64,000 nucleotides of DNA, taken from contig CAZCCK010000003.1 of NCBI GenBank assembly GCA_964497265.1, positions 2,972 through 66,971 of the forward strand, given 5' to 3'. The stretch's first letter is position 1. Each line of letters starts with the position of its first letter. Position numbers and translations under genes: made by a program. Under the pieces are notes generated by a model. It worked only from the letters and a program-made list of their open reading frames with translations. It ran no database searches and was not told the DNA's origin. The DNA comes from Candidatus Woesearchaeota archaeon (GTDB taxonomy: Archaea > Nanobdellota > Nanobdellia > SCGC-AAA011-G17 > GW2011-AR18). Below, piece by piece: positions 18,875-29,679 of the stretch.

Positions 18875-19186
18875 TTATTCTTTTAATCTGAATAAGATCG
18901 TTAATCTGTAGAGAAGTTTGCTGGTCATACTATCTTTTGAGTAGAGTGCTCTGGAGATAACGAGTTCGCCTCGAAATTTTCTTTTGAGTTTGTAGCCAAA
19001 AGATTTTGTGAATTCGTTTGAGCTAATGTAAAAGTCAACGCCATTTTTATAATCAACTTGTTTTGAGATAGAAACATCAGGTCTTTTTTTCAATTCTTCA
19101 GAAAGAAAGGTGATTATTTCTTCCTTTACGGGCCGAAGTTGAAGAATTGCTTCGTAATACCCAACGTGTTTTGCTTCGCGTTTCAT
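18875..19186 (-). CDS. NMD3-related short protein
   Basis: YYEAILQLR...NGVDFYISS...LYRLTILFR resembles part of archaeal NMD3; syntenic with DUF424 and aIF-2beta. Confidence 0.75.
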   Translation of the reverse strand: MKREAKHVGYYEAILQLRPVKEEIITFLSEELKKRPDVSISKQVDYKNGVDFYISSNEFTKSFGYKLKRKFRGELVISRALYSKDSMTSKLLYRLTILFRLKE

Positions 19187-19473
19187 AGTTGGAAAAGAAG
19201 AGCGTAAGGGACTTCTTGAATCATCAAAACTGTTTCTTTTTCAATGATACCCGCGTTCAAAGCAAGTTGGATAACTTCTTTTCCAGCAAGGTTAGCGTTC
19301 TTAGCAGTTTCAAGGGCCTTAAGAGCGGAGGCAGCATCAACTTTTTCCCCTTTGTAGAAGCGCTCGTTAATTTCGAGTTTTAGTCCATTCTCGCGAAATG
19401 TTTTTCCTAAAATTTCTTCATCGCAGAGAGCGAGTATTTCTGTTCTTTCTGAAGTGTGTTTTTTGAGGTACAT
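19183..19473 (-). CDS. DUF424 family protein
   Basis: ILALCDEEILGKTF...FYKG...ANLAG...VPYA. Confidence 0.85.
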   Translation of the reverse strand: MYLKKHTSERTEILALCDEEILGKTFRENGLKLEINERFYKGEKVDAASALKALETAKNANLAGKEVIQLALNAGIIEKETVLMIQEVPYALLFQL

Positions 19474-19884
19474 TTAAATCGTGGTGGGAATCTGTTTCTG
19501 TGCTCCGCACGCTGCACATTTAAGGTAAGTCAGATCATCTTTTTTAATGATTTGAGTATCTGGTTTTCCGCAGGTAGAACATAAAACATACACGCCTGCG
19601 TATTGTTTTACCTTCTGGTTGATTAAAGCAGAGCTTACTTTTCTTCCTAAGACAAGTCTTGGTCCGTCCAAGTTTCCTGGAGTTGCGAGTTCTTTAAGGA
19701 GGTATTTAAGAAATTGCTGGATGTCTCTTCTGAAAAGATCTACTATCTCTTTAAAGTTAGTAACAACGGTTTTATTTCCCTGGATAAATCCTTTAACATT
19801 GGGAATTTCAAAACGTTCTGTTCTTGTTACTGTTTCGGGAAGTTGCTTTATCCCTTCTTCAAGCATTTCTTCGTAAGTTTTCAT
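19474..19884 (-). CDS. eif2b: Translation initiation factor aIF-2 beta
   Basis: ERFEIP, LLKELATPG and a CSTCGKPDT...CAACGA Zn ribbon. Confidence 0.95.
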   Translation of the reverse strand: MKTYEEMLEEGIKQLPETVTRTERFEIPNVKGFIQGNKTVVTNFKEIVDLFRRDIQQFLKYLLKELATPGNLDGPRLVLGRKVSSALINQKVKQYAGVYVLCSTCGKPDTQIIKKDDLTYLKCAACGAQKQIPTTI

Positions 19885-19935
19885 AGAAAAAAATATTGTA
19901 AGAATTTATTTAAAGGTTTGCTTTAAGAAAATCCC

Positions 19936-20286
19936 CTATCTACAAGGGGTAGAACTTCTGTAAAGCGTTCCTTGAGGATTAAGGCAAGCGTAAGCGTTTC
20001 CTTCTCCAGCTAAATGAGAAATCGTAATAGAATTTCCTTGAACCAGAATTCCAGATTTAGAGGAGAGTAAGATTGGCTCCGTGTTGGAAATGATTTTCGC
20101 TCCAGGATTAAGGGTTTGAATTTTTACTTGGCTAGGATCATGAAGGATTGGTGTTTCTTTTGTCTGGTAGTAGACTGCTGCGCCGGTTAAGGTTCCAACT
20201 AAAGCTGTTGCGAAAACAACAAGCGCGACAAGGAGGAGTAAGAATCCTAATTTATGGTCTTCTGCAGAAACTGTTTGTTTTTTCAT
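19936..20286 (-). CDS. Hypothetical membrane-anchored or secreted protein
   Basis: N-terminal hydrophobic helix followed by TLTGAAV; C-terminal Cys pair. Confidence 0.6.
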   Translation of the reverse strand: MKKQTVSAEDHKLGFLLLLVALVVFATALVGTLTGAAVYYQTKETPILHDPSQVKIQTLNPGAKIISNTEPILLSSKSGILVQGNSITISHLAGEGNAYACLNPQGTLYRSSTPCR

Positions 20287-20339
20287 AAAATCACCTTTTT
20301 TAAAGAATCTTTCTGTAAGGGACTATTTATAGTTTTTGG

Positions 20340-21029
20340 TTAAAGGGTTGTTCTTAATTTTCCTGGATGGATTTCAAAGATTTCTCCTTCGCGTAATAAA
20401 GATTCAAGAAGTTTTTGTACTTCTTCTTTATTAATTCCTGATTGTCCGATGACGAGTTGTTGGTCTGCGCCATTGTTTGTATCCAGTTTTTCAATTAAGT
20501 CCAAGATGGCTTGTCTTTTATTAGAAGGTGTTTCGTTTGTGACTTTTTCTTCAATGACCTGGAAAGTTTCTTCTTCCGAAATAGATGGTTTTGAAGCGAC
20601 TGCTTTAGGAGCGTAAGTTTGTGCTTGGCCATGGTTTTTATCGAGTTCAAGTTTACGTAGTTTTGCCCAGAGAGGATTATCTAGTTTTGTAACAATCTCA
20701 GGAACAAGATAGATTTGGTTGTTAAAGTCTTTCACTTTTGCAACGACGAGAAGAAGGTCTCCGATGGCAAAGCTTGTTAGAAAAGAAGCGTCTTCTTTCC
20801 AGGCTTTAAGTGGAATTTTTCCAGAACCATCATCAATGCTGAGCGTTGCGTAGCTTCCATCTTCTTTAACGTACTTATCTACGATATGACCAATAATGTT
20901 GACGCGAGAAATTTTAAGAGAGCTTACTTCAATATAGTTTGGTTCCCATTCACCGCTGGTGCGAACGTAGTTTCCAGAGAGTAAATTAGAGATCCAGATT
21001 TGGTATGCGGTTTGTCGTTGTGGTTCCAT
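20340..21029 (-). CDS. RPA32/RPA2-like OB-fold plus winged-helix protein
   Basis: SRVNIIGHIV...IDDGSG OB fold; C-terminal LLREGEIFEIHPG winged helix. Confidence 0.85.
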   Translation of the reverse strand: MEPQRQTAYQIWISNLLSGNYVRTSGEWEPNYIEVSSLKISRVNIIGHIVDKYVKEDGSYATLSIDDGSGKIPLKAWKEDASFLTSFAIGDLLLVVAKVKDFNNQIYLVPEIVTKLDNPLWAKLRKLELDKNHGQAQTYAPKAVASKPSISEEETFQVIEEKVTNETPSNKRQAILDLIEKLDTNNGADQQLVIGQSGINKEEVQKLLESLLREGEIFEIHPGKLRTTL

Positions 21030-21031
21030 GG

Positions 21032-24000
21032 TTAGATTCTTTGAACAAAGCCTTTTTTAGGTTCAAACATGTCTCCTGATTTTTTTAATTGTTCTATTGA
21101 TTCGTAAACTTTACTTTCTTCGATTCCTTTGACCGCTGCGTCTGCGATAATTTGCTCAATAGGAATGGTCTTTATACCTTTGCTTTCTATACTCAAAACG
21201 ATTTCTTTAATAACATGAATTTTGTTTCTCGCAGAAGCGGTAATTGTAGAAGACATTTTATCAATGTCAATTTGTCCGGTCTCAGGATCAAATCCTACTT
21301 CCATAAGGCAGCTTTTAAGTAGGTTTATTGCGCGTAATGCATCTTCTCTTGTTACTTTTTCGTCTAGGCGCACTTTTGCTGAAGCCTGACTTAATCTAAT
21401 AAGTGCTTCGAGCTGTCTTGCTGAGATGGGGATAGGTTTTACACTCCCTTCTTCTGCTTTTCCTGAATTTCTTAAGCTTACATAAAAATCTTTGATTGCG
21501 GTTGTAGCGGCTTTAGTCATAATGGGAAAGGTATGTTGTTTTGCATAAGCGAGATATTTTCTTAAAAATTCTGGAGTGATTTCTGCTTCGTAATTGAGGT
21601 TTGCTTGTTGAGCTGCTTCAAGAACGTGAAGTGCGATACGTTCATCTTTTTCTTTATTAGGAATATCTCGAATAGGAAAGATTAAATCAAATCGATTAAG
21701 TAAGGAAGGAGGTAAGTCGATTTGTGCGGCAATAGGAGAGTAAGGATCAAATCTTCCCAATTTAGGATTTGCAGCGGCGAGTAAGGTTGTCTGTGCGTTA
21801 AGACAAGCTTGAACATTTGCTTTCGAAATGGTTATGGTATTGTGAAGAACCAATCCTTCGCTGATAAAAGTATGGTTAGGTTCAACCGTAACATCATAAA
21901 CCCATTTAATTCCGTCATTTTTTATCTTCTTAAGAGACTTAACGCGTACTAATCTTAAATCGGAATTAGTAATTGATTTGAGTTTTTCTAATTTTTTTCT
22001 TAGGGTAGTAAGTCTTTGGTTTTTTAAAGAAGTTAAAGTTGAAATGTAACCGGGATCTTTCCTTTGTTCAAGATGATAAATAGTTCCAGTAGAGCATTCT
22101 AGAGCGGTAGCGATTTCAGAAACTTGAATATTAAGTCTTCTTCGAATAGTTTTTGGGTCTGTTTGAGTAGAAACAAAATTTAATCTTCGTTCAATTCTAG
22201 AAAGATGATTTTTAGCAGTAGTGACATGAATATTTTGATTTCTTTTAAGATTAGAGACAAGAGAGCCGTCTGACATTTTAATTTCTTTCAAAAGAGTATT
22301 GAGTTCTTCGACAGGTAAAAAAAGATCTCTATCATTCAATTTATTTTCACTTCTCTGAGCAAGAGCGCGTATTTTTTCGACCCTTTTATCATCTGGTTCA
22401 ACAATAAGTTTTAAAAAAGAGTCATAACTTCCTGAAATAACAACTTTGTAATATTGTTTCTCGCTACGATGTTCAGTAGCGATATAACTCCAAATTCCAT
22501 TCATAAGTAACAAATCAGAATAATTGCAAGCTAATTCAAATGATGAAGTTGAAAAACCAACACGTTCACTATCTACAAAACCGTCTCCTTTAAAGGCAGT
22601 GCGTAGAAATTCGAGTTTGAGAGAATTTTGTAAGGTTCTAACTGAGTTAGGGATTGATTTTTGCGGAGATTTTAAAGTCAGACCAGTAAAGTTCTTTTTA
22701 AAGTAATTATAAAGAGGGACTGAAGAACAATAGATTGTGGATAACGTTTTAGTAGAGTTGGGTTTATTTTCGGGATGGGTAAGGTCATGATTAGTATAAC
22801 ATTGAAATGTAGAATTAAATAAAGAATCCATTTCGTAGGCTAAATTCGGATTTGTGTTACAAACTCCAATTTCGGCAGAGTGGTTTTTAGGATTATAATA
22901 GCTGTATCCTTCAGAGACCACATATCCTAATAGACGAGAAAATTTATTATTAATCGTGGAGGGAAGGGTAATTTTTTTGTGATAGTTAGCGATAGGAACA
23001 GGTTCCAATTGAGAAAGTTGAGAAGTGCAAGGAAGTTTTCTTGGAGCGGGAATAAACATTTCTAAAGATAATTCATTTGCTGGGATTTCAGTATAGCCTT
23101 CTTTAGTAAAGACAAAGAAAGGGTGCTCTGGTGTAACCATAACTTTACGGCCATTACTAAATTCCACTTCAATAAAATGGTCTGGTGCGATATGTCTACT
23201 AACGCGATCAATTTTAGTAGGATAAACCGTATTAAAGTCGGTAGTAAGAACTTCATAGTCCTGCGTATTTAGAATTTCACAGTCTTTACCTCGAATTACC
23301 TTATTTTTATTAGATTCAATGAGCTGGTCGACAAAAAGTCCTATTTTTTGGGTAGTTCCATCACTAAGCATAATTTTAAAGTCGGGGGGGTAGCTTTGCT
23401 GTTCCATTCCCTCATGAAGCGCGGATCTATCCTCATCCGTCATTTTATCAAGTTCGTCTACAACTGCCAAGCCTTTGTTTGCTAAAACTAAAGCGCCTGC
23501 TTCTAATGCCCAACCTCGTAAGAATTCATCTTTTACAACAGTTGCGGTTAGGCCTGCGCCAGATGCGCCTTTTCCAGAAACGAATCTTGCTTTAGGTGCG
23601 GCTTTTGAAATAAACTGAAGCATAGCTGATTTTCCAGCTCCCGGGTCTCCAACAAGTAAAATATGAATATCTCCTCGTGTTGCTGTTCCATCGTCTCTAA
23701 CTTTTCGTACGCCTCCAAAGAGTTGAAGGATAAGTGCTTCTTTAACTCGTTCGTAACCAAAGATACTTGGTGCTACAGATCGAGCAAATTTTTCGAAAGC
23801 TTGTGGATCTTTTGAGAGTTCTTTTATTTTTGCTTCATCTTCTGCTGTGACTTTGATGTCAGAATAATCTTCTTGTACTGTTTCAATGTTATTTCCTTCT
23901 AAGATAATATCGTAACGGGTGGATTGTGCTCCGGTTTTCAGAGGGATGGGTATTTCTTTTATGGAGCCAAAGATGCGAACTTTGTTTCCGGCGGTGACTT

Positions 24001-24613
24001 TTCTTTCCATTTTTGGATCGACTAAGTCTTCGCTTAAGAAGATACTAAGTCTTTTCGGTTGTTCCGCTCCTTCTAGGTTTTCTGGTGCTTCTTCGATTTT
24101 AACATGTTGGACATCAATGAGTTCTTTGTCTAAGAGGCGGAATTTTCCTCTCCATCCGCAGGTGCAGCGCGTTGGTTCTTTGAATTTGCTATCAATTTGT
24201 AGGATCGAAAGGGTGTTGTTACATCCTCCGCATTCAAATTTTGCTTTGGTAACTTGGGGGCGTACGTCTGAGGTTTGTCTGACAATTCCTTCCATCCAGA
24301 CCAATCTGTTGAGGTGTTCGCTTCTTATGTCTGCGATTCTAAGGCGTTGTGTTGGGGGGAGATTGTTGAATCTGATTCTAATTTGGGCTGTTTCTTCCGG
24401 CAGATCCATTTGGTCTAGGGCGTATTCTGCTGATTTGACTGCTTCTTCAGGGTTTTGGAGTAAAGCTTCTGAGAGTTCTGGTTCTGAGCGTGCGAGTTCT
24501 CGAAAATCAAGGACGAGCGATCTTTTTCCTTGTTGAATAGCTTCGTAGAGGTTATTCTTGTAAGTTGTTTCTATGAAGTCTTTGAATTTCTCAATTTGTT
24601 CGTTAACGTCCAT
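21032..24613 (-). CDS. mcm: MCM replicative helicase containing an intein
   Basis: Zn finger CGGC/CTC, GDPGAGKS Walker A, VVDELDKM Walker B, LLNRFDL arginine-finger region, ARQLEALIR. Confidence 0.97.
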   Translation of the reverse strand: MDVNEQIEKFKDFIETTYKNNLYEAIQQGKRSLVLDFRELARSEPELSEALLQNPEEAVKSAEYALDQMDLPEETAQIRIRFNNLPPTQRLRIADIRSEHLNRLVWMEGIVRQTSDVRPQVTKAKFECGGCNNTLSILQIDSKFKEPTRCTCGWRGKFRLLDKELIDVQHVKIEEAPENLEGAEQPKRLSIFLSEDLVDPKMERKVTAGNKVRIFGSIKEIPIPLKTGAQSTRYDIILEGNNIETVQEDYSDIKVTAEDEAKIKELSKDPQAFEKFARSVAPSIFGYERVKEALILQLFGGVRKVRDDGTATRGDIHILLVGDPGAGKSAMLQFISKAAPKARFVSGKGASGAGLTATVVKDEFLRGWALEAGALVLANKGLAVVDELDKMTDEDRSALHEGMEQQSYPPDFKIMLSDGTTQKIGLFVDQLIESNKNKVIRGKDCEILNTQDYEVLTTDFNTVYPTKIDRVSRHIAPDHFIEVEFSNGRKVMVTPEHPFFVFTKEGYTEIPANELSLEMFIPAPRKLPCTSQLSQLEPVPIANYHKKITLPSTINNKFSRLLGYVVSEGYSYYNPKNHSAEIGVCNTNPNLAYEMDSLFNSTFQCYTNHDLTHPENKPNSTKTLSTIYCSSVPLYNYFKKNFTGLTLKSPQKSIPNSVRTLQNSLKLEFLRTAFKGDGFVDSERVGFSTSSFELACNYSDLLLMNGIWSYIATEHRSEKQYYKVVISGSYDSFLKLIVEPDDKRVEKIRALAQRSENKLNDRDLFLPVEELNTLLKEIKMSDGSLVSNLKRNQNIHVTTAKNHLSRIERRLNFVSTQTDPKTIRRRLNIQVSEIATALECSTGTIYHLEQRKDPGYISTLTSLKNQRLTTLRKKLEKLKSITNSDLRLVRVKSLKKIKNDGIKWVYDVTVEPNHTFISEGLVLHNTITISKANVQACLNAQTTLLAAANPKLGRFDPYSPIAAQIDLPPSLLNRFDLIFPIRDIPNKEKDERIALHVLEAAQQANLNYEAEITPEFLRKYLAYAKQHTFPIMTKAATTAIKDFYVSLRNSGKAEEGSVKPIPISARQLEALIRLSQASAKVRLDEKVTREDALRAINLLKSCLMEVGFDPETGQIDIDKMSSTITASARNKIHVIKEIVLSIESKGIKTIPIEQIIADAAVKGIEESKVYESIEQLKKSGDMFEPKKGFVQRI
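21839..23395 (-). mobile_element. 519-aa intein with a LAGLIDADG homing endonuclease and an extra HTH, inserted at MEQQ|TITISKA of MCM
   Basis: Begins SYPPDFKIMLSDG, has block B VTPEHPF, LAGLIDADG-like LLGYVVSEG and FLRTAFKGDG, and ends VYDVTVEPNHTFISEGLVLHN followed by Thr+1. Confidence 0.93.
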
Positions 24614-24709
24614 GGGCTGATTAAGAGTAGTTTTGGAAACTTAAAAGCTATCTCATGATAGAAAATATATGTGGCGCTTTATAAAAATAACTCTAGAGAA
24701 ACCGAAAGT

Positions 24710-25255
<546 letters not shown>

Positions 25256-25313
25256 AAGATAAATTACAAGGAAAAGTATTTAAAGCTTGTTTATAAATAA
25301 AAGCAAAAATTAA

Positions 25314-28190
25314 TTACTGCCCAGTTAAGATTTTGTTAAAGTAAATTCCGATTTTCTTTCCTTTTATTTCTTCTTGAGAGGTGAAGGAATAAGGTTTGTT
25401 TGGTTCTTTAGATTTTAAGATAATTTTTTTAGCCCCAACCTTCTTTTTTAGGTCTTTAATCCAATCTCCGAAAGAATAATCTGAAGAAAGATAGAGTTGG
25501 ATAGAGTCTTGTTTTTGTAAGCCTGCTTCTTTTCTTAAAGACTGAATTCTTCTAATAAGTTCTCTTGTATATCCTTCTTGTTCTAGTTCTTTAGTGAGGG
25601 TGAAGTCTAAACTTACAGAGCCGTATTCAAAAGTAGCTTGGTCGATTTGTTCTTCAATGGTCTTAGAGGAGATTACGAATTCTATGTTTTTAAGATTGCA
25701 TTGTTTTAAAATTAGGTCTTGTATTTTTTCGATCATTTCTTTCTTAGCAGCATGATCTGAATGGAATGCGACTGTTGCTTTTCTTAGTGGCCAGCGCACG
25801 TTAATTTTATTTTTGTCTCTTAAAGAGAGAATGCTTTGAATAATCATAAGGCAGGTGCCCATTGCTTCTTCTAAGGGAATGTTAAGGAGTTTTTTCTTTG
25901 GTTTTGGCCAAGTCTGAAGATGAATTGATTCTTTTTTATAAAGTTCTAGGTTAATTTTCTCCGTAAAGAAAGGTAAAAAAGGAGCTAAGAGGGTAATTGC
26001 GTCAAAGTAGGCATCATACAGGACGCGTTGGACTCTTTTATCGTCAAGCTTTTCTCTGATAAAGTGGATGTAAGTTTTTGATAAATCAAAAAGTAAGAAA
26101 TTTTTGAGTTCTTCCATCGCTTTATGATATTCTAAATTATCCAAGTAATCGCTCACTTTTTGTTTAAGGTGTTCTCTTTTAGAAAGAACCCATTGGCTTG
26201 CTGGGTCTTTGCTGTAGCCTTTAGCAAGTTTTGTACAATTTTGAGAGACATAGGTAGAAAGATTTTGTATGACAAGTAAATGTTTTTGGATTTCTTTTCC
26301 AGGACCATATCCAAAGTTGAGATGATATTGGGGGTTTTGGCTGCAGTATTGCCAGCGCATAACGTCAGGACCCATTTTTTCTACTGCTTCATCAAACCAT
26401 ATTGCGTTTCCTTTGCTTTTATGCATAGGTTCACCTTTTTCATCGCGTACTTCTTCGTAAGCGAGAATTTTTTTGTAAGGGGTTTTTGCTTCTAAGACGA
26501 CAGACATGAAGAGCTGAGCGTAAAACCAGAGTCGTACTTGCGCACGCATTTCGATTTCAAGGTCTGCGGGGAACCATTTGTTCCAGTAGTTTTTGTCTTT
26601 GAAATAGTTTAAAGTGGAATATGGTACGATTCCTGCGTCAAGCCAGCAGTCTCCAACTTCTTTGATACGTTCTACTTCTTGTCCACAGTTGCATTTTATT
26701 TTTATTTTATCAATCCAAGGACGGTGCAATTCTGGAAGTTTGTCTACGTCTTCCTTGTTAACCGCTTTAACACGTAATTCATCTAAGGAACCTATGACAC
26801 TGAGAAGATTGCACTTAGTGCATTCGTAGAACATGAGTGGCAGTCCCCAGTATCTTTTTCTGGAGATGTTCCAGTCTTCCATGTTGGTGAGCCAGTCTTG
26901 CATAAGTTTTCCTACGTGTTCTGGATACCACACTACCTTTGCTGCTTGTCGTTTCATAAGGGGTCTTACTGGATCGCATGCGATAAACCAAGAATGATCT
27001 AATCTAAAGACGAGTTCTTCTTTACATCTCCAACAGATAGGATAGCGGTGTTTGTAGTTTTCTACTTTGAAAAGAAGTCCCCTATTTTCTAGATCACGAA
27101 CAATTTCTCCTTTTACTTCTTTTACGTTTCTGCCCGAGAGCCATTTGTAGCCAGAGAGATAGTTTCCAAATTCGTCTAAAGGAGAGTTTAAGATTTTAAG
27201 ATTTAATTTTTTTCCAAGTTCGTAGTCTATATCTCCACAGCTTGGTGCAATGTGTACAATTCCTGTTCCATCTTTTTCTCCAACTTCTTCAAAAGGAATA
27301 ATTTTAGGATGAACATCTTTTTGTGCGTCAAAGTCGGGATAAAAGTTCTCGTATTCTAATCCAACTAAGTCTGCGCCTTTAAGATGTCCAAGAACGACTG
27401 CGTCGCTTCCAAGTTTAGAAACAGTCGCTTCTGAAATATAATAAATATCGTTGTCTTTCTTTACTTGAGCGTAGGTAATGTTGGGATTGACTGCTGCGGC
27501 AACATTACTTGAGAGAGTCCATTCTGTGGTAGTCCATATGAGTAAGTATTCGTTTTGTTTTCCTTTGAGTTTTGCTTTGATATAGACTGAAGGGTGGACT
27601 AAGTCGGCATATCCTTCGTCGCTCATTTCATGTTTTGAGGAACTTGTTCCGCAGCGAATGCACCAAGGAAGAATTCTTTTTCCTTTGTAAAGTAAATCTT
27701 TTTCATGACATTTTTTAAGAAAGTGCCAGATTGCTTGGATGTTGTCATCGCTCATGGTGTAATAGTCATTACCCCAATCCATCCATTGACCTAACTGAAT
27801 TGATTGTTCTATTTGGACTTTTGAGAATTTTTCTACACGTTCTCTACATGCTCTTGAGAATTTGTCAAGACCGTGGTTTTCTATGTCTTTTTTGGAGTTA
27901 AATCCGAGTTGTTTTTCTGTTTCTACTTCAAGCCAGAGTCCTTGGCAGTCAAAGCCATTTTGAAATCGTTGATCATATCCTTGCATTGCTTTGTAGCGTT
28001 GATAAAGGTCTTTGAGTGTTCTTCCCCATGCGTGATGAACTCCCATAGGATTATTGGCGGTAATAGGCCCGTCTAAGAAGGAAAAAGGTTTTTTGTTTTG
28101 GTTTCTATTCCGAAGATGAGCAAATGTTTTTTTCTCATTCCAATAAGCAAGAATCTCTTTTTGTGTGGCAAATGAAGAATAGTCAACCAT
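25314..28190 (-). CDS. ileS: Isoleucyl-tRNA synthetase (type 2) with GVHH and PMHKS signature variants
   Basis: LDGPITANNPMGVHH, IWTTT, GTGIVHIAP, DWNISRKRYWG, PMHKSKGN, and EGYTRELIRRIQSLRKEAGL IleRS2-type C-terminus. Confidence 0.93.
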   Translation of the reverse strand: MVDYSSFATQKEILAYWNEKKTFAHLRNRNQNKKPFSFLDGPITANNPMGVHHAWGRTLKDLYQRYKAMQGYDQRFQNGFDCQGLWLEVETEKQLGFNSKKDIENHGLDKFSRACRERVEKFSKVQIEQSIQLGQWMDWGNDYYTMSDDNIQAIWHFLKKCHEKDLLYKGKRILPWCIRCGTSSSKHEMSDEGYADLVHPSVYIKAKLKGKQNEYLLIWTTTEWTLSSNVAAAVNPNITYAQVKKDNDIYYISEATVSKLGSDAVVLGHLKGADLVGLEYENFYPDFDAQKDVHPKIIPFEEVGEKDGTGIVHIAPSCGDIDYELGKKLNLKILNSPLDEFGNYLSGYKWLSGRNVKEVKGEIVRDLENRGLLFKVENYKHRYPICWRCKEELVFRLDHSWFIACDPVRPLMKRQAAKVVWYPEHVGKLMQDWLTNMEDWNISRKRYWGLPLMFYECTKCNLLSVIGSLDELRVKAVNKEDVDKLPELHRPWIDKIKIKCNCGQEVERIKEVGDCWLDAGIVPYSTLNYFKDKNYWNKWFPADLEIEMRAQVRLWFYAQLFMSVVLEAKTPYKKILAYEEVRDEKGEPMHKSKGNAIWFDEAVEKMGPDVMRWQYCSQNPQYHLNFGYGPGKEIQKHLLVIQNLSTYVSQNCTKLAKGYSKDPASQWVLSKREHLKQKVSDYLDNLEYHKAMEELKNFLLFDLSKTYIHFIREKLDDKRVQRVLYDAYFDAITLLAPFLPFFTEKINLELYKKESIHLQTWPKPKKKLLNIPLEEAMGTCLMIIQSILSLRDKNKINVRWPLRKATVAFHSDHAAKKEMIEKIQDLILKQCNLKNIEFVISSKTIEEQIDQATFEYGSVSLDFTLTKELEQEGYTRELIRRIQSLRKEAGLQKQDSIQLYLSSDYSFGDWIKDLKKKVGAKKIILKSKEPNKPYSFTSQEEIKGKKIGIYFNKILTGQ

Positions 28191-28353
28191 TGAGAACCCC
28201 TAAACCGTCCAGATAAAGTGCATATTTGCCTTATTTTATCCTGATTTATATATTTTATCTATTCTTTTAGCCCGAAAACAAAGTTTTATAAAGATAATCT
28301 CCTTTCCACAGGCGAACAAGTTGCCTAAGAGTGACTTAAGGAGCGAAAGAAAT

Positions 28354-28653
28354 ATGTATAGAGATGACAGACGAACTTCTGCACCAGTTAAAGCAGGAGA
28401 AGAAATTAATGTAAAAATTGAGGCTGTTGGTGAAAAAGGAGATGGTATTGCAAAAGTAAAAGGCTTTGTAATATTTGTTCCAAACACAAAACAGGGAGAT
28501 GAGGTAAAGGTTCGTGTTACCAAAGTTTTAAAGAAAGTTGCTTTTGGTGAATCGATAGGCGAAGCTACCGGATCTACTGATCAAGAGTCTTCTTCAGAGG
28601 AAGAGGAAACGGAAGAGTCTGAAGACACTGAAGAAATGTCTGAGGAAGAATAA
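28354..28653 (+). CDS. Single TRAM-domain protein with an acidic tail
   Basis: APVKAGEEINVKIEAVGEKGDGIAKVKGFVIFVP; AAGGAG SD before ATG 28354. Confidence 0.9.
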   Translation: MYRDDRRTSAPVKAGEEINVKIEAVGEKGDGIAKVKGFVIFVPNTKQGDEVKVRVTKVLKKVAFGESIGEATGSTDQESSSEEEETEESEDTEEMSEEE

Positions 28654-28656
28654 AAC

Positions 28657-28685
28657 TTCCTTTTTTCTTTTTTACTTACTTTTTT
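28657..28685 (+). terminator. T-rich archaeal-type terminator after the TRAM gene
   Basis: Several oligo-T tracts immediately follow the stop codon. Confidence 0.5.
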
Positions 28686-28725
28686 ACATAAATCTTTATA
28701 TAGAGTGTTTGTTTTTTCCTAAAAG

Positions 28726-29679
28726 ATGAGTTCAAATTTATGGATTGAGAAGTATAGACCTAAAACCTTTGATCAAATAAAGGGTCAAGAGGAGATTGTT
28801 AAGAGGGTTCGAGCTTTTGTTAAATCTGGAAATTTACCTCATTTGTTATTTATTGGCCCCCCAGGGATCGGTAAAACGACTTTGTCTTTAGTTATTGCTA
28901 ACGAATTGTTTGGGGAGAATAAGTCTCAGAATTATTTGGAGTTAAATAGTTCTGATGAAAGAGGGATTGATACAGTGAGGGTAAAGGTGAAGGATTTTGC
29001 GAGAACGAAAGCTATGCTTGATGTTCCTTTTAAGATTATTTTTTTAGATGAAGCTGACGCGTTAACAAGAGAAGCTCAGCAAGCATTGAGAAGGACTATG
29101 GAAGCGTATTCTTCTTCATGTCGATTTATCTTATCCTGTAATTATGGCTCGAAAATTATTGATCCTATTAAGTCCAGGTGTAGTATCTTTAAATTTAAGC
29201 CTTTAGGAAAAGAAAAGTTAAAGAGTTTAGTTGAGGAGATTGCAAAGAGTGAGGACTTGACAATAGAGTCAAATGCGTCTGAGACGATTATTGAGCTTTC
29301 AGGTGGTGATGTAAGGCAGTTAGAGAATATTTTACAGAGTTGTGCTGCGTTGTCAAAAAGTGTTTCTTCAGAATTAATAAAAGAACTTGTTTCTGCTGCT
29401 GAGCCTAAAGGAGTGAAAGAAGCTTTGGAAGTTGCTTTGACTGGAGATTTTGTTACTGCAAGGACGAAATTGTTAGATGCGATGTTGAACAATGGTCTTG
29501 CTGGAATTGATTTAATTAAGCAGATTCAGAAAGAGGTGTGGAATTTGAATATTTCAGATGGCTCAAAATTAAGTTTGATTGAACGGTGTGGAGAGGTTGA
29601 GTTTCGTATGGTTGAGGGTTCTGATGATTTTATTCAGTTAGAGAGTTTGCTTGCGAGTGTTGCTTTATCTAAAAAATGA
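28726..29679 (+). CDS. rfcS: Replication factor C small subunit
   Basis: WIEKYRP, GPPGIGKT, LELNSSDERG, FLDEAD and SRC motifs. Confidence 0.96.
   Translation: MSSNLWIEKYRPKTFDQIKGQEEIVKRVRAFVKSGNLPHLLFIGPPGIGKTTLSLVIANELFGENKSQNYLELNSSDERGIDTVRVKVKDFARTKAMLDVPFKIIFLDEADALTREAQQALRRTMEAYSSSCRFILSCNYGSKIIDPIKSRCSIFKFKPLGKEKLKSLVEEIAKSEDLTIESNASETIIELSGGDVRQLENILQSCAALSKSVSSELIKELVSAAEPKGVKEALEVALTGDFVTARTKLLDAMLNNGLAGIDLIKQIQKEVWNLNISDGSKLSLIERCGEVEFRMVEGSDDFIQLESLLASVALSKK

Noticed and set aside
23384..23391. Poly-G tract as a phase-variation site
   Set aside because: It is in frame (TAC CCC CCC) at the intein start within an essential gene.
28299..28343. CTCCTT/AAGGAG pairing that could sequester the TRAM SD as an RNA thermometer
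   Set aside because: The nearest TATA (28285..28292) predicts a TSS near 28315, which excludes the CTCCTT strand from the transcript.
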